From the NCBI GenBank assembly GCA_965243025.1, contig CBDETY010000003.1, positions 6,464,001-6,528,000 on the forward strand: DNA of 64,000 nt. Direction: 5' to 3'. This DNA is from Candidatus Latescibacterota bacterium. Lineage in GTDB: Bacteria; Latescibacterota; UBA2968; UBA8231. The position numbers and the translations under genes were made by a program. The notes beneath the pieces are model-generated. The model searched no databases and was not told where the DNA came from. It saw nothing but the letters and a program-made list of their open reading frames with translations. Shown in pieces: positions 50,510 through 61,473 of the stretch (position 1 is the stretch's first letter; each line of letters opens with the position of its first letter).

Positions 50510-51551
50510 AGCGGATCTGCCACTGATTCAGGCAAAGGGCCTGAAGAAGCATTTCGAGGTCCGCAAGGGGTTGTGGGGCCGGGTCAGCGGGCACGTCCGC
50601 GCCGTCGACGGCGTGTCGCTTTCGGTATGGCCCGGGGAAACCGTCGGAGTGGTCGGCGAGAGCGGCTGCGGCAAGACCACCCTCGGAAGGCTGATCCTGC
50701 GCCTGCTCGAGCCGACCGCCGGGGAGGTCTTCTTTCGCGGGCGCAACCTCGGCTCCCTGAGGGCGGGCGAGCTGCGCCGCCTGAGGCGGCGCATGCAGAT
50801 CGTCTTCCAGGACCCGTACGGATCCCTCAACCCGCGCATGACCGTCGGCTCGATCATCGGCGAGGGCCTGCTCATTCACGGTCTTGCCGAGGGGGCGGCG
50901 GTCGAATCCCGGGTCGCCGGGCTGCTCGACATGGTCGGGCTTCCCGCCTCCTCGGCGCGCCGCTACCCGCACGAGTTCAGCGGCGGACAGCGCCAGCGCA
51001 TCGGCATCGCCAGGGCCCTGTCGGTCGAGCCCGAGTTCATCGTCGCCGACGAACCGGTCTCCGCCCTCGACGTGTCGGTACAGGCCCAGATCATCAACCT
51101 TCTCCAGGACATTCAGCGCGACCTGGGGCTCACCTACCTTTTCATCGCCCACGACCTCAGTGTCGTGCGCCATATCTCGGACAGGGTGGCGGTGATGTAC
51201 CTCGGCAGAATTGTCGAAATGGCGCCGCGGAACGAGCTTTATCGCCGGCCCTCGCACCCCTACACCCGCGCGCTGCTGTCGGCGGTCCCGATGCCCGATC
51301 CGGCCCGGCGCCGCGGCCGCAGGACTCTCGAAGGGGATGTCCCGAACCCGGCGGCGGTGCCGCCGGGGTGTCCGTTTCACCCGCGCTGCCCCGAACGCAC
51401 CGATGTCTGCACGCGCGTCGTCCCCGAGCTGGGGGAGGTGGAGGGGGAAGGCCGCCAGGTCGCCTGCCTGCTGCGCCATCCCGGCGGGACGGAAGCGGGG
51501 GCGGACGCAACGAACCCCGGCCGGCCGCCACCGGCGGCTGACGGACTGTAG
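50502..51551 (+). CDS. Oligo/dipeptide ABC transporter ATPase (OppF/DppF)
   Basis: [31 protein letters not shown]. Confidence 0.92.
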   Translation: MTEADLPLIQAKGLKKHFEVRKGLWGRVSGHVRAVDGVSLSVWPGETVGVVGESGCGKTTLGRLILRLLEPTAGEVFFRGRNLGSLRAGELRRLRRRMQIVFQDPYGSLNPRMTVGSIIGEGLLIHGLAEGAAVESRVAGLLDMVGLPASSARRYPHEFSGGQRQRIGIARALSVEPEFIVADEPVSALDVSVQAQIINLLQDIQRDLGLTYLFIAHDLSVVRHISDRVAVMYLGRIVEMAPRNELYRRPSHPYTRALLSAVPMPDPARRRGRRTLEGDVPNPAAVPPGCPFHPRCPERTDVCTRVVPELGEVEGEGRQVACLLRHPGGTEAGADATNPGRPPPAADGL

Positions 51552-51569
51552 CAACGGAGCTTACAGCAT

Positions 51570-53378
51570 ATGATGACCAAGCTGCGAGAGAGCACGGGCA
51601 TAATCATGTGGATCGTGATCCTCGCTTTCGTGGGACTGATCGTCGTCGAGTGGGGCGCCGACTATTCCGGCACCGCCCGCTCCCGTTCCGACGCCGTCGG
51701 AGTGATCAACGGTCAGGAAGTCTCCCTGAAACTCTTCCAGCAGGCGCTGCGCAACGCCGCGCGCCAGCGCGGCCGCGAGGAACGCGGCGACGACGGCGCC
51801 CTCGTGCGCGAGGTGTGGCAGGCGATCGTCAACGAGACCATCGTCAGCCAGGAGCTCGAGCGCCTCGGCATCGAAATCACCGACGAGGAGCTGGCCACCT
51901 ACACCCGCGAGGCGCCGCCGCAGCCCGTCCAGGAGATCGAGGTGTTCCAGACGGACGGGGAGTTCGACCCGCAGCTGTACCAGCAGTTCCTCAACGACCA
52001 GAGCACTTTCGCCGACGCCAGGAACCGCCAGTTCATCATGCAGATCGAGCGCATGTGGGAGAACCAGCTGCTCAACCACCGCCTGCAGACGCTGCTGATG
52101 GAGACCGTCCGCGTCAGCGCCCCGGAGGTGCGCAAGCACTACGTCGACCGCAACGAAAAGGTCAGGGTCGAGTACGTGTTCTCCCCCTCGGCGTCCCCCT
52201 CCGAGGGCGGGACCGAGCTCGAGGAAGCGGAAATCGAGGCGGAGTACTCGGCCAGCGCCGACGACTACCGGCACGGCAGGCAGGTGAAAATCCGCTACGT
52301 CCTGTTCCCGCGCGTCCCCAGCGCCGCGGATTCGGCCGACATCGAGAAGCAGGCCCACAGCCTTCGCGAAGACATCCTCGCCGGGACGGATTTCGCCGAG
52401 CTGGCCGAGGCGATGTCGGAGGACGAGGGCAGCGCCGCCAGCGGCGGCGACCTCGGCACTTTCGGCCGCGGCCGCATGGTGGCCCCGTTCGAGGAGGCGG
52501 TTTTCGCCCTCGAACCCGGGGAGGTGTCGCAGCCGGTGCTGACCCGGTTCGGCTGGCACCTGATCAAGCTCGAGGAACGCCTCGAGGAGGACGGGGAGGA
52601 GAAGGTCCGGGCGCGGCACATCCTGCTGAAGTTCACCCCGTCGCAGTCGACCGAAGACTCCATCCACGAGGCGGCTTCCGACTTCCGCGAGCTCGCAGCG
52701 GACCGCGGAATAGACGCCGCGTCCGAAATCGAGGGGGTCGAGGTGCGCGATCCCGGATGGGTGCCGCCGGGGAGCGTGATCCCCGGGCTCGGGCTGGGGA
52801 CCGGTTGGGTGGTCAACCTGTTCTTCGACAGCGAGGTCGGCGCGGTCAGCCGGGTCGGCAGCGTCGAGGGGTCGTTCTGGGTAGCCCAACTGGTCGAGGC
52901 CCGGGAGGAAGGGGTGGCCCCTTTTGAGGAGGTCAAGTCCCGGGTAGAGCGCTCCCTGCAGGGGCGCAAGCGCGCCGAGGCGGCTGGGGAGGTGCTGCGG
53001 GAGATCCGCGGAGCGGTGCTCGGCGGAGGGGACCTGGCCGCGGCGGCCGCGGCCAACGGACTGGAACTCAGCGAGACCGGGCCGTTCGCGCGCGCCGACT
53101 TCGTCCCGGGGGTCGGCCGCAACACCGAATTGACCAGGGCGGCGTTCGCCATGCAGCCGGGCGAGCTGAGCGACCTCGTCGTCGCCCGCAACGGCGCTTA
53201 CCTGCTCAGGGTGATCGAAAAGACCCCGATCGACGAGGGGGCGTTTCTCGACGGGCGCGAAGCCCTCCTCGACGAGCTGCTGCAGGAGCGCCGGAACGAG
53301 GCCCTCCAGGTATGGCTGTCCCAGTTCTACGCCGCCGCCGAGATCGAGGACAACAGACACCTTTTCTACACCTTCTAG
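51570..53378 (+). CDS. ppiD: SurA_N + parvulin peptidyl-prolyl isomerase (PpiD-like)
   Basis: N-terminal TM anchor; [30 protein letters not shown]. Confidence 0.82.
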   Translation: MMTKLRESTGIIMWIVILAFVGLIVVEWGADYSGTARSRSDAVGVINGQEVSLKLFQQALRNAARQRGREERGDDGALVREVWQAIVNETIVSQELERLGIEITDEELATYTREAPPQPVQEIEVFQTDGEFDPQLYQQFLNDQSTFADARNRQFIMQIERMWENQLLNHRLQTLLMETVRVSAPEVRKHYVDRNEKVRVEYVFSPSASPSEGGTELEEAEIEAEYSASADDYRHGRQVKIRYVLFPRVPSAADSADIEKQAHSLREDILAGTDFAELAEAMSEDEGSAASGGDLGTFGRGRMVAPFEEAVFALEPGEVSQPVLTRFGWHLIKLEERLEEDGEEKVRARHILLKFTPSQSTEDSIHEAASDFRELAADRGIDAASEIEGVEVRDPGWVPPGSVIPGLGLGTGWVVNLFFDSEVGAVSRVGSVEGSFWVAQLVEAREEGVAPFEEVKSRVERSLQGRKRAEAAGEVLREIRGAVLGGGDLAAAAAANGLELSETGPFARADFVPGVGRNTELTRAAFAMQPGELSDLVVARNGAYLLRVIEKTPIDEGAFLDGREALLDELLQERRNEALQVWLSQFYAAAEIEDNRHLFYTF

Positions 53379-53418
53379 TCAAGCACCCGCAGCAGCTTCC
53401 ATCTGCAAGGAGAGCCAG

Positions 53419-54327
53419 ATGCCAGCGTCACCCGAAAGCACCAGGATAGGATTCATAGGACTGGGGATCATGGGGGCTCCCATGGCCCGCAACCTGATGG
53501 CGGCAGGATACTCGCTCAAGGTCTACAACCGCAGCGACCGCCCCCGGGTCCAGGAGGTGGTCGACGCCGGAGGGGAGCGGGTGGCGACGCCGGAGGAGGC
53601 GGCCCGCGGCAGCCAGGTCGTCATCACCATCGTCACCGACACCCCGGACGTCGAGGCGGTCATCCTCGGCGAGAACGGGGTGATCGCCGGAGTGGAGGAG
53701 GGGGCCGCCGTCATCGACATGAGCACCGTGTCCCCCCGCGTCACCCGCGAGATCGCCGCGGCCCTGAAGGAGAAGGGGGTCGACATGCTCGACGCCCCGG
53801 TCAGCGGCGGCGACGTCGGCGCCCGGCAGGGAACGCTGTCGATCATGGTCGGCGGCGAGCAGCAGGTTTTCGACGAGTGCCTCCCGGTGTTCGAGGCGAT
53901 GGGAAAGAACATCAACCTGATCGGCGGCAACGGGGCCGGACAGGTGACCAAGCTCTGCAACCAGATCGGCGTCGCCGTGGCCAACCTCGCCATGGCGGAA
54001 GCGCTGATGCTCGCGGCGGCCTCCGATCTCGACGTCGGCAAGGTGGTCGAGGCGATCAGCGGCGGAGCGGCCGGTTCCTGGCAGCTGACCAACCTGGGAC
54101 CCCGCGTCCTGCAGGGGGACTTCGACCCGGGCTTCATGGTGCGCCTGCAGCAGAAGGACCTCAAGCTGGTCCTCGAATCGGCGAACGACGTCAAGCTCGC
54201 CCTGCCGGCGGTCAGCATCGCCCACCAGTACTTCAACATCGTCGAGCGCATGGGGTGCGCCGACGAGGGCACCCAGGCCCTGATCAAGGCGTACGAAGCG
54301 CAGGCGCGGAGAGAGGCGCGAAGCTGA
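53419..54327 (+). CDS. Beta-hydroxyacid dehydrogenase (3-hydroxyisobutyrate / tartronate semialdehyde reductase family)
   Basis: GFIGLGIMG, DAPVSGG, KLCNQ, KDL. Confidence 0.9.
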   Translation: MPASPESTRIGFIGLGIMGAPMARNLMAAGYSLKVYNRSDRPRVQEVVDAGGERVATPEEAARGSQVVITIVTDTPDVEAVILGENGVIAGVEEGAAVIDMSTVSPRVTREIAAALKEKGVDMLDAPVSGGDVGARQGTLSIMVGGEQQVFDECLPVFEAMGKNINLIGGNGAGQVTKLCNQIGVAVANLAMAEALMLAAASDLDVGKVVEAISGGAAGSWQLTNLGPRVLQGDFDPGFMVRLQQKDLKLVLESANDVKLALPAVSIAHQYFNIVERMGCADEGTQALIKAYEAQARREARS

Positions 54328-54330
54328 AGG

Positions 54331-55122
54331 ATGGACCTGAAGAAAGTCGGGGTCCTGCTGCGCGACGGAGAGCAGACCTATCCGCTCTCCGAGCTCGACG
54401 ACCTCTTCGCGAGGCGCGGCATTTCCCTTGCCCCCCTGAAGTGGGACGAGACCCCGCCCGGAGATCTCGACATGGTCATGGCCATGGGCGGGGACGGCAC
54501 CGTCCTCAAGGCCCTCGACCTGTTCTGCACCGGGCCGGTGCTGGCGGTCAACTTCGGCACCACCGGATTCCTGACCGCCGCCGACCGCGACGACCTCGAC
54601 CAAGTGCTGACCCTGCTCCTCGAGGGGAACTACCTGGTCAGCGAGCGCCTGGTCCTCGAGTGCCGGCATCCGCACGGGGTGACGCGGTCGATCAACGAGA
54701 TCATCGTGCGCCTCACCGGGAGCGGCTTCCTCTACATCGACGTTTCCGTGAACGGCACCAAGATCCGCACCATCAAGGGGGACGGGGTAGTGGTCGGCAC
54801 CCCGACCGGAAGCACCGGTTTCCTGCTTTCAGCCGGGGCTCCCATCGTGATGCCCGACGTCCGCTGCCTGATGCTCGACGGCATCAACGAGCACAACTTC
54901 ACCTCGCGCTCGCTGATCCTCGCACCCGACTGCAGTATCGAGCTGCACGTCAGCGACGAGACCCGCGATCACGGGGTCCATATCGCCGCGGACGGGCGCC
55001 ATCTGGGCAGCCTGAGCCCCGGGGACGACGTGCAGATCGTCCAGTCGGCGACCACGGCCAGGCTGATCTACTTCCAGGACAGCTACTTCTTCAACAACCT
55101 CTCCTCGAAGCTGGGCTGGTAG
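54331..55122 (+). CDS. nadK: NAD(+) kinase
   Basis: GGDGT, NE motif, GDGVVVGTPTGSTG. Confidence 0.85.
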   Translation: MDLKKVGVLLRDGEQTYPLSELDDLFARRGISLAPLKWDETPPGDLDMVMAMGGDGTVLKALDLFCTGPVLAVNFGTTGFLTAADRDDLDQVLTLLLEGNYLVSERLVLECRHPHGVTRSINEIIVRLTGSGFLYIDVSVNGTKIRTIKGDGVVVGTPTGSTGFLLSAGAPIVMPDVRCLMLDGINEHNFTSRSLILAPDCSIELHVSDETRDHGVHIAADGRHLGSLSPGDDVQIVQSATTARLIYFQDSYFFNNLSSKLGW

Positions 55123-55169
55123 CCTCCGGCGGAGCCGCCCCGGCGTGGGAGCGCCATACGGCCCCCTGG

Positions 55170-56684
55170 CTACAGGATGCCGAGGCGGCCCGGCGCCTCC
55201 GCGTCGAGCAGGCGCTCCGGCGGCAGGACGAGGTTGAGCTCGCGGACCTCCCCTGCAGAGAGCCCGGCGAGCCTGTCCACGAGGCCGAGAAAGCGGCCGA
55301 TCTCCTCCTCTTCGGCGAGGCCGGCGGTGAGGGTGCGCAGCTTGCGCTCGTACTCTCCCCGCCGGAAGGGGCGGGCGCCGAACGAGTGGGCGTTCGGATT
55401 GTCGAGGCGTACGCCGATCCGGGAACCGTCGTTCATCACCACCACCACCTCGGCCCCGAACTTCTTGCGCGACGGGTCGAGGTCGTGGTAGGCGGCCGTC
55501 CACTCCGCCGCCTCCTCGGTGCGTATCCGGTGCCACAGGCGCACCGTCGAGGCGCGGTGGGCCCGTTCGGAGGTGTAGCTGTCGACGTGATGCCAGGCCC
55601 CGTCCTCCCAGGCCACCGCCAGGATGTACATGGCGCTGTGGTCGAGGGTCTCGCGCGAGGCGTCCGGGTCCATCTTCTGCGGGTCGTTGGCGCCGCTGCC
55701 GATGACGTTGTGGGTGTGATGGGAGGTGCGGATCACCACTTGGGCGACCTCGGCGGGGTCGAGCCGCCGCGCGTGCAGGGTAAACCCCAGGTCGATCAGC
55801 GCCTGCGCCTGGTACTCGGCCGAGTGTTCCTTCGTATAGGACTGCAGGATGGCCGTCAACGGCTCTCCCGGGGATGGCAGCGGCACGGAGTACTCCGCGT
55901 CCGGTCCGGAGAGCAGCCAGGCGATGACGGCGTCGCGGCCTTCGTAAATCGGCGAGGGGGCCTTCTCCCCGAGCCTGGCGCGCCCCGCCGCCTCGATGGC
56001 GGTCTTGCCCGCCTGTGCCGGGGCGTACGCCTTCCAGCTGGTTATGTCCCCCTTGCGCGACTGCCGCGTGGCGCAGCCGAGGTGGACGCTCTGGTTGACC
56101 GCCTGGAAGATCTCCTCCGCCGGCATTTCCAGCATGGTGCCGATGCCGGCGGCGACCGCGGGGGCCAGGTGGGCGACGTGGTCGATCTTGTGCTCGTGCA
56201 GGCAGATCCCGGTCACCAGCGCCATCTGCGTCTCGTAGGCGGTGGCGATCCCCAGGGCCAGTTTTCGCCCGTCGCGCCCGGTCTGCTGGGCGACCGCGAG
56301 GAGGCCGGGGATGGTGTCGCCGGGATGGGAGTAGTCGGCGGCGAGGTAGCAGTCGTGCATGTCGAGCTCGCGCACCGCCACCCCGTTGGCCAGGGCCGCC
56401 CACTCGCAGTGGAAGGTGCGTTCCCCGGCGACCCCGAACAGCGAGGCGCCGGTCCCGGGGTGGGGGTACCCGAGGGCCAGCAGGCGGGCGTTGCGCACCG
56501 GGGGGCGGTTGACGGCGGCGACGGCGACCGCGGCGTTGTCGATCAGGCGGTTGCCGATCATTTCGGCGACCTCGGCCTCGAGGGAGCGGTTTCCCGCGGC
56601 CATGGCGGCGATCTTCCAGGCGAGCTGTTCCTCCCTGGGGAGCACGGCCCCTTCGGCGTGGGTCCTTGCGACGACGGCTGGCAT
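55170..56684 (-). CDS. prpD: MmgE/PrpD family (2-methylcitrate dehydratase)
   Basis: RELDMHD..HPGD, IDHVAH, SWKA, KEHSAEYQAQ, RETLDHS. Confidence 0.85.
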   Translation of the reverse strand: MPAVVARTHAEGAVLPREEQLAWKIAAMAAGNRSLEAEVAEMIGNRLIDNAAVAVAAVNRPPVRNARLLALGYPHPGTGASLFGVAGERTFHCEWAALANGVAVRELDMHDCYLAADYSHPGDTIPGLLAVAQQTGRDGRKLALGIATAYETQMALVTGICLHEHKIDHVAHLAPAVAAGIGTMLEMPAEEIFQAVNQSVHLGCATRQSRKGDITSWKAYAPAQAGKTAIEAAGRARLGEKAPSPIYEGRDAVIAWLLSGPDAEYSVPLPSPGEPLTAILQSYTKEHSAEYQAQALIDLGFTLHARRLDPAEVAQVVIRTSHHTHNVIGSGANDPQKMDPDASRETLDHSAMYILAVAWEDGAWHHVDSYTSERAHRASTVRLWHRIRTEEAAEWTAAYHDLDPSRKKFGAEVVVVMNDGSRIGVRLDNPNAHSFGARPFRRGEYERKLRTLTAGLAEEEEIGRFLGLVDRLAGLSAGEVRELNLVLPPERLLDAEAPGRLGIL

Positions 56685-56706
56685 CGGCAGCGGTGGGGCG
56701 GGCGGC

Positions 56707-57507
56707 TCAGCGGCCGCGGGAAGGGACGAAGACAGCGGACTGGTTGTAGGGAATCACGAGCGCCCCGACGCCGCCGGGAAGGTGGGCCGCCCACTCGTGC
56801 GGATCGTAGTCGCGCGCCGTGAAGCAGCCGTAATGGGCAGGCACCGCGGTCTCGATCCCGATGGCGGCCGCCATCTCCGCGGAACCCTCGAAGAACGGGA
56901 ACTCACCTTCCGCCGGGTGATTGGTCAGCAGGCCGATGTCGGGGCGCAGGTCGCGGACCGCGGCAACCAGTTCGGCGTGGCTGGCGAAGTTGTTGATCGG
57001 GTCGCCCGACACGTACACCCGCACCGCTCCCGTATCGACGACGTACCCGAGGTGCTGGACGTCGGGAGGTTCGATGCCGTTGGCCGGATCCCCGGCCGGG
57101 GGCTTGGCGTACACCGCGTGGAACGCCATCCCTGCCGCGGAGGCGGAATCCCCGGCAGCCACCGGGGTGATCGAGGCGTCGGGAATCCCGGCCGCGGCGA
57201 CCGCCTCGGCGCTTTCCGACGGGCCGACGACGGCCAGGCCGGGGTTGGCGCCGCGGATGCGCTCGATCGACTCGATGCAGGTGTGGTCGCCGTGGTTGTG
57301 CGTCAGGAGCACGCAATCGGTGCGCAGCGATTCCTCCATCAGCGGCGGGCGCGGATGAATGAAGGCTTCCGGGGACCGCTCGCGGGGGAAATAGGGGTCG
57401 ACCTGGACGATCTCACCGGAACTGTTCCTGAGACCGAAGCTGCTCTGGCCGAACCAGTGGATGCCGACGCCGTTTTCGGGCACGACGAGGTCTTCGAAAG
57501 GATGCAT
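56707..57507 (-). CDS. Metallo-beta-lactamase fold hydrolase (UlaG-like)
   Basis: WFGQSSF, DPYF, THNHGDH, YVSGD, PAHYG. Confidence 0.85.
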   Translation of the reverse strand: MHPFEDLVVPENGVGIHWFGQSSFGLRNSSGEIVQVDPYFPRERSPEAFIHPRPPLMEESLRTDCVLLTHNHGDHTCIESIERIRGANPGLAVVGPSESAEAVAAAGIPDASITPVAAGDSASAAGMAFHAVYAKPPAGDPANGIEPPDVQHLGYVVDTGAVRVYVSGDPINNFASHAELVAAVRDLRPDIGLLTNHPAEGEFPFFEGSAEMAAAIGIETAVPAHYGCFTARDYDPHEWAAHLPGGVGALVIPYNQSAVFVPSRGR

Positions 57508-57717
57508 TGTTCTCTCTTTCCGTGAGTAGTTGCCCGGGTCGACGGCGGGGCAGGACGGCCCGGGTTGCTGCGAATTTCCAGGCCGGGGGCCGAAGGCTCG
57601 GAAACGGCGAGGCGAGGGTTTCGCCATCGCCTTTGATTGCAGGTGGATTCGGTGGCCGCTCCGGCAACCTGGGAAATCGATACCTTTGCGTCAAGGGTGA
57701 AGGGCAGAGCCTCATAA

Positions 57718-57745
57718 TTGCCATCCCCTGTAAAAACAGTATCTT
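57718..57745 (+). promoter_or_regulatory. Putative sigma70 promoter TTGCCA-16 nt-TATCTT
   Basis: Consensus-like hexamers upstream of rhaM. Confidence 0.4.
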
Positions 57746-57830
57746 AGTCGAAATCAAGCCAAGCGGCGCGCCGGTGTCTTTCCACCGGAAGGAAACCGGA
57801 GACCAACCCCCACAGCGACGGAGAGAAGCG

Positions 57831-58139
57831 ATGGCGAGAGTAGGGTTCCGCATGAACCTCAAGCCGGGAAACGAGGCGGAGTACAAAAAGCGGCACGACG
57901 AGATCTGGCCGGAGCTGACCCGGCTTCTCCACGATACCGGCATAAGGAACTACACGATCTTCCGCGACGGCCTGACCCTTTTCGCATACCTCGAGATCGA
58001 CGACCCGGCCGCCCTCGACGAGCTGCCGGACAAGGAGCTGATGCGCAAATGGTGGGTCTACATGGAGCCGCTGATGGTCTACAACGACGACTCCACCCCG
58101 GCGGTCACCATGCTCGAAGAGGCGTTTCACCAGGACTGA
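57831..58139 (+). CDS. rhaM: L-rhamnose mutarotase
   Basis: EYKKRHDEIWPEL..GIRNYTIF, LFAYLE, RKWW.YM. Confidence 0.88.
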   Translation: MARVGFRMNLKPGNEAEYKKRHDEIWPELTRLLHDTGIRNYTIFRDGLTLFAYLEIDDPAALDELPDKELMRKWWVYMEPLMVYNDDSTPAVTMLEEAFHQD

Positions 58140-58149
58140 CGCCTCCCGG

Positions 58150-59424
58150 ATGAGCACCGCCACCCTTTTCGACAGGCAGTACGAGAGACGCAAGGCCGGT
58201 CTGCTCGGCGATGTGGTCGAGCGTCTGCGCGGCCGCTACACCCCGGAGGAGACCGCGGCGCTGCGCATCGACCCGGTCGACCCGGAGATCCTGTCGCAGC
58301 GCTCCGGGCGCGGTTTCGTCAACCGGGACATCCTCGAAACCCTGCTCGGCAACCTGCTGGAGTGCGTTGCACCGGGGTCCCACAACGCGGTCGCCCCCCA
58401 GGCCAAGCAGGAGCTCTCCTCCGCCCTCGGGGAAGTCGCCGACCAGGTCTACGCCATGGTCGCCCAGTCGCTGCTGGCAGCCGGCGAGGAGGAGCGCCTC
58501 GAGGAAGGGGCCCTGGCGGCGACCTTCGCCCTGCTCTGGGAGCTCCCCGAGCTCAAGGAGCGCTCGCGGTGGAACCGCTTCGCCTCGCTGAAGGATCCGG
58601 CGGTCTGGGACGCCTACCTGCTGCATACCTGCGGACTTTCCCCCGGGGAGCTCGCCGGGCTCGACTTCGGCCGGCACCTCGACAAGGCCATAGCCGAACG
58701 GGACTTCGGCCTCTACCGCGAGTTTCTGAAATCCCTGAAGTGCGACTTCATCTTCGACTACCAGATGCAGCTGGTGATGAGCACCTACCCGGGCTGGCGG
58801 GTGCTCTTCTACCACGACGTCGCCCACTCCCTGACGCGCTCGGGAGAGGTCGCCGGCAACCCGCAGCTGACCCGCCTGCCGGTTCCCCTGCTGCCGCGCG
58901 CGATCGCCGAGCTGGCGGGACGCTACTACCAGGCCGACATCCACCCGGAGACGGAGATCGGGGACGCCATCTTCTTCGACCACCCCCACCGCGGCATCAC
59001 CACCGGTCAGACCGGCGTCATCGGTTCCGGCTGCCACCTGATGCCCTGCACCCTCGGCGGACTGTCGCGGCGGCTGCGGCGCCGCCACCCCAGGCTGGGG
59101 GACAGCGTCTTCATCGGCACCGACGCCAACCTGATCGGCCCGGTGATCATCGGCGACCGCTCGGTGATCGGGGCCAACACCGAGGTCTACGGTTTCGTCG
59201 AAGTTGGGCGCGACTGCCGCATCGGGTCCTCGGTGGTCGTGGGAACGGTCAAGTCGACCGACGCGAGCCCCGGGCGCGTGCTGGTGGGGGACGGCGTCAG
59301 GATCGGCGACGGCACGATCGTCGAGAACGAGTCGCCGCTGGACCTCGTCATCCCCGGCGGCGCGCAGATCCAGGCGCGCAGCCACGTCGTCAACCGGGAG
59401 GGGGCCCCCGAGTTCGTCGGGTAG
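58150..59424 (+). CDS. Serine O-acetyltransferase-like hexapeptide-repeat protein with long N-terminal extension
   Basis: DIHPETEIG..FFDH..G..TG, TLGG..RHPRLGD.VFIG, then additional hexapeptide repeats. Confidence 0.7.
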   Translation: MSTATLFDRQYERRKAGLLGDVVERLRGRYTPEETAALRIDPVDPEILSQRSGRGFVNRDILETLLGNLLECVAPGSHNAVAPQAKQELSSALGEVADQVYAMVAQSLLAAGEEERLEEGALAATFALLWELPELKERSRWNRFASLKDPAVWDAYLLHTCGLSPGELAGLDFGRHLDKAIAERDFGLYREFLKSLKCDFIFDYQMQLVMSTYPGWRVLFYHDVAHSLTRSGEVAGNPQLTRLPVPLLPRAIAELAGRYYQADIHPETEIGDAIFFDHPHRGITTGQTGVIGSGCHLMPCTLGGLSRRLRRRHPRLGDSVFIGTDANLIGPVIIGDRSVIGANTEVYGFVEVGRDCRIGSSVVVGTVKSTDASPGRVLVGDGVRIGDGTIVENESPLDLVIPGGAQIQARSHVVNREGAPEFVG

Positions 59425-59530
59425 CAAGAGGAACCGAAGCACCAAGCGACCCTGCCTTCCGCAGCCAAGGCCAAGGCAGAACACCAGCCTTGTCCTTTGG
59501 ACTCCGGCCGCTTGCTCACCGGAGTTCGAA

Positions 59531-60148
59531 CTATGTTACCACTTCTGTGATGGCCTCGCGGAAATTCACAAAGCTACGGGAACTGCTGCAGTCCGGGTTG
59601 ATATGCGGGGCAATGGCACCTGCGGCTTCTACCTTGCGCAGCCCGTTCCGGAAGTAACCACTGGTCTGTAGGATGCGTTCAAACGCCTCCCATGTTCCAT
59701 CCTTTATCGCATCGGGGTTGCGAAAAAGTGGCCGCTTGGGCACGGTCGGTGACACCCTCGGATAGGCCCTCTTTACGGCATTCCAGTCGCCGAAGTACCA
59801 AGCTTCAAGTTCCTCAATTGCAATGCGATTCACCACTTGCCAAGGGCCCCGGGAGCCCGAGCGAGTGTGCAACCCCGCTCCGTTCGCAGCGGTCTCAAGC
59901 CTTAGCTTCAGATCATGGCAATCATCCTCGTCGCGATCGACTACCACGACGATGCGCCCATAATTCAATGGCCAGTGAGCATAGCCTTTCAGGCGCGCAT
60001 GTAATTTATCCAACAGGTCGGGCTTGCCCTGAAACGCATGGATGCGGAAGGTCCAGTGCTCCGGGAGCAACCGGGGAAGTAAACCATTAAGAAATGCCTC
60101 CATTGAAGGCTCTTCTACCAAGAATTCCAGATGGTGATACGTCATCAT
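59531..60148 (-). CDS. DUF4276-like (TOPRIM-like) putative nuclease
   Basis: [38 protein letters not shown]; start overlaps the ATPase stop by 4 nt. Confidence 0.75.
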   Translation of the reverse strand: MMTYHHLEFLVEEPSMEAFLNGLLPRLLPEHWTFRIHAFQGKPDLLDKLHARLKGYAHWPLNYGRIVVVVDRDEDDCHDLKLRLETAANGAGLHTRSGSRGPWQVVNRIAIEELEAWYFGDWNAVKRAYPRVSPTVPKRPLFRNPDAIKDGTWEAFERILQTSGYFRNGLRKVEAAGAIAPHINPDCSSSRSFVNFREAITEVVT

Positions 60149-61383
60149 TTATCACTTCTCGATGGTTCAGTGACTCCGCCTTGGTTGACTAGTGGGTCGC
60201 CCAGGTTGAAGTAACCCTCCATCCACAAGTGACCGAGCAGTGCGCCTTGATCCCTAAATGCACGAACTTCCTCTATATCCGCGACGCGTTGCGTGTGGGT
60301 ATAGCCTTCTTCGTCGCGCCAGAGGACGCGCACCTCTTCAGGCCGCAAGGCGTTTAGGAAAAAAGGGGAATGTGTGGTGACCAACAGCTGAGTTTGTTCA
60401 CCGGCTGCGCGGCACTCTTCGGCGAGCTCCAGAAGCAGCCGAGGATGGAGGAAGTTTTCCGGCTCCTCGATGCCGATAAAGGGTGGTGGTGCCGGGTCGT
60501 GAAGCAGGACCAAATAGGCAAGCAGTTTGAGAGTGCCGTCGGAAGCGAACCGAGCCAACACCGGGTTGGTGAAAGGGGCGTCCTTGATTTGCAACAGCAG
60601 CCGGCCGTCGGGCATGGTATCGGCCAATACCTTCTCAACGCGCGGTACCCGCCGGCGCAGGATGGCGAAGACTTCCTCAAGCCTCTCTGGGTGCTGCTCT
60701 GCCAAGTATTGGATTACGTTGGCGAGATTGTCGCCCGTCTTGCTCAATTGTTCCTGCGGTCCGGATTCGGGCTGGCCGCGCGCGCTGTCCGACGAAAGGT
60801 AGGACACATGCCAGCCTGTAATGAACTGACGCAGTGCGGCAACTCGTGGGTGATCGGCGAACTGACCCAAGGCATTGACAGCAAGCAGGTCCGGAGCGTT
60901 AAGGGGGATTTCTATCCGCTGGTCTTCTTCGTCTGGTTGGTCACCGCTGACGGCCCTTCCTTGGCCTTGTTCGTATTGGAGAAACCGAAAAGGTTTTCCC
61001 CGTTGGAACCGCCGCCATTGCAGCCATTCTTCGACTACGACGGGGGTCCCTTTCCGTTCATCAACCGCCAAGTGATAGGTGATAAGTGGTCTGCCAGGCT
61101 GCTCTCGGTATTTTATCTCGATAACCACCGGTCCCTCCGCTCCCCGCGACACAAGTTCTTTCCCCCGTCCACGCTTATCCCATGCGCGTCGCAGCCCCAT
61201 TTCGAAACATTCGGCAAGAAACGCGAACACGTCGAATACGGTGGATTTGCCACTGCCGTTGGGGCCAAGCAGAACGGTTAGAGGAGTCAGGTTCCTGAAC
61301 TCGACATTCCGGAGGACACGAAAATTCTGCACCTTCAGGTATTCAACACGTGGTGGAGAGGTGCTTTTTAATGTCAGGTTCAT
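60145..61383 (-). CDS. ABC/AAA_21-type ATPase
   Basis: Walker A GPNGSGKS, signature ASDGT, Walker [10 protein letters not shown]-loop TTHSP; ATG 61383 has a GAGGG RBS (alternative start 61407). Confidence 0.88.
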   Translation of the reverse strand: MNLTLKSTSPPRVEYLKVQNFRVLRNVEFRNLTPLTVLLGPNGSGKSTVFDVFAFLAECFEMGLRRAWDKRGRGKELVSRGAEGPVVIEIKYREQPGRPLITYHLAVDERKGTPVVVEEWLQWRRFQRGKPFRFLQYEQGQGRAVSGDQPDEEDQRIEIPLNAPDLLAVNALGQFADHPRVAALRQFITGWHVSYLSSDSARGQPESGPQEQLSKTGDNLANVIQYLAEQHPERLEEVFAILRRRVPRVEKVLADTMPDGRLLLQIKDAPFTNPVLARFASDGTLKLLAYLVLLHDPAPPPFIGIEEPENFLHPRLLLELAEECRAAGEQTQLLVTTHSPFFLNALRPEEVRVLWRDEEGYTHTQRVADIEEVRAFRDQGALLGHLWMEGYFNLGDPLVNQGGVTEPSRSDK

Positions 61384-61473
61384 TTTCACCCTCGTTTCTG
61401 GCGGCATTATCGAGTTCTTGAATTTCTACAATTCAAAGTAATGAAAAATACCGGGAGAACCCGCCCCCCGGCT

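Noticed and set aside
49520-51551. oppD/F-like ATPases (and ecfT) without partner subunits as a novel system
   Set aside because: Split transporter operons are common; the partners probably lie elsewhere in the genome
57728-57739. LexA box (CTGT..ACAG)
   Set aside because: Spacing is 4 nt rather than 8, and the adjacent genes are not SOS genes
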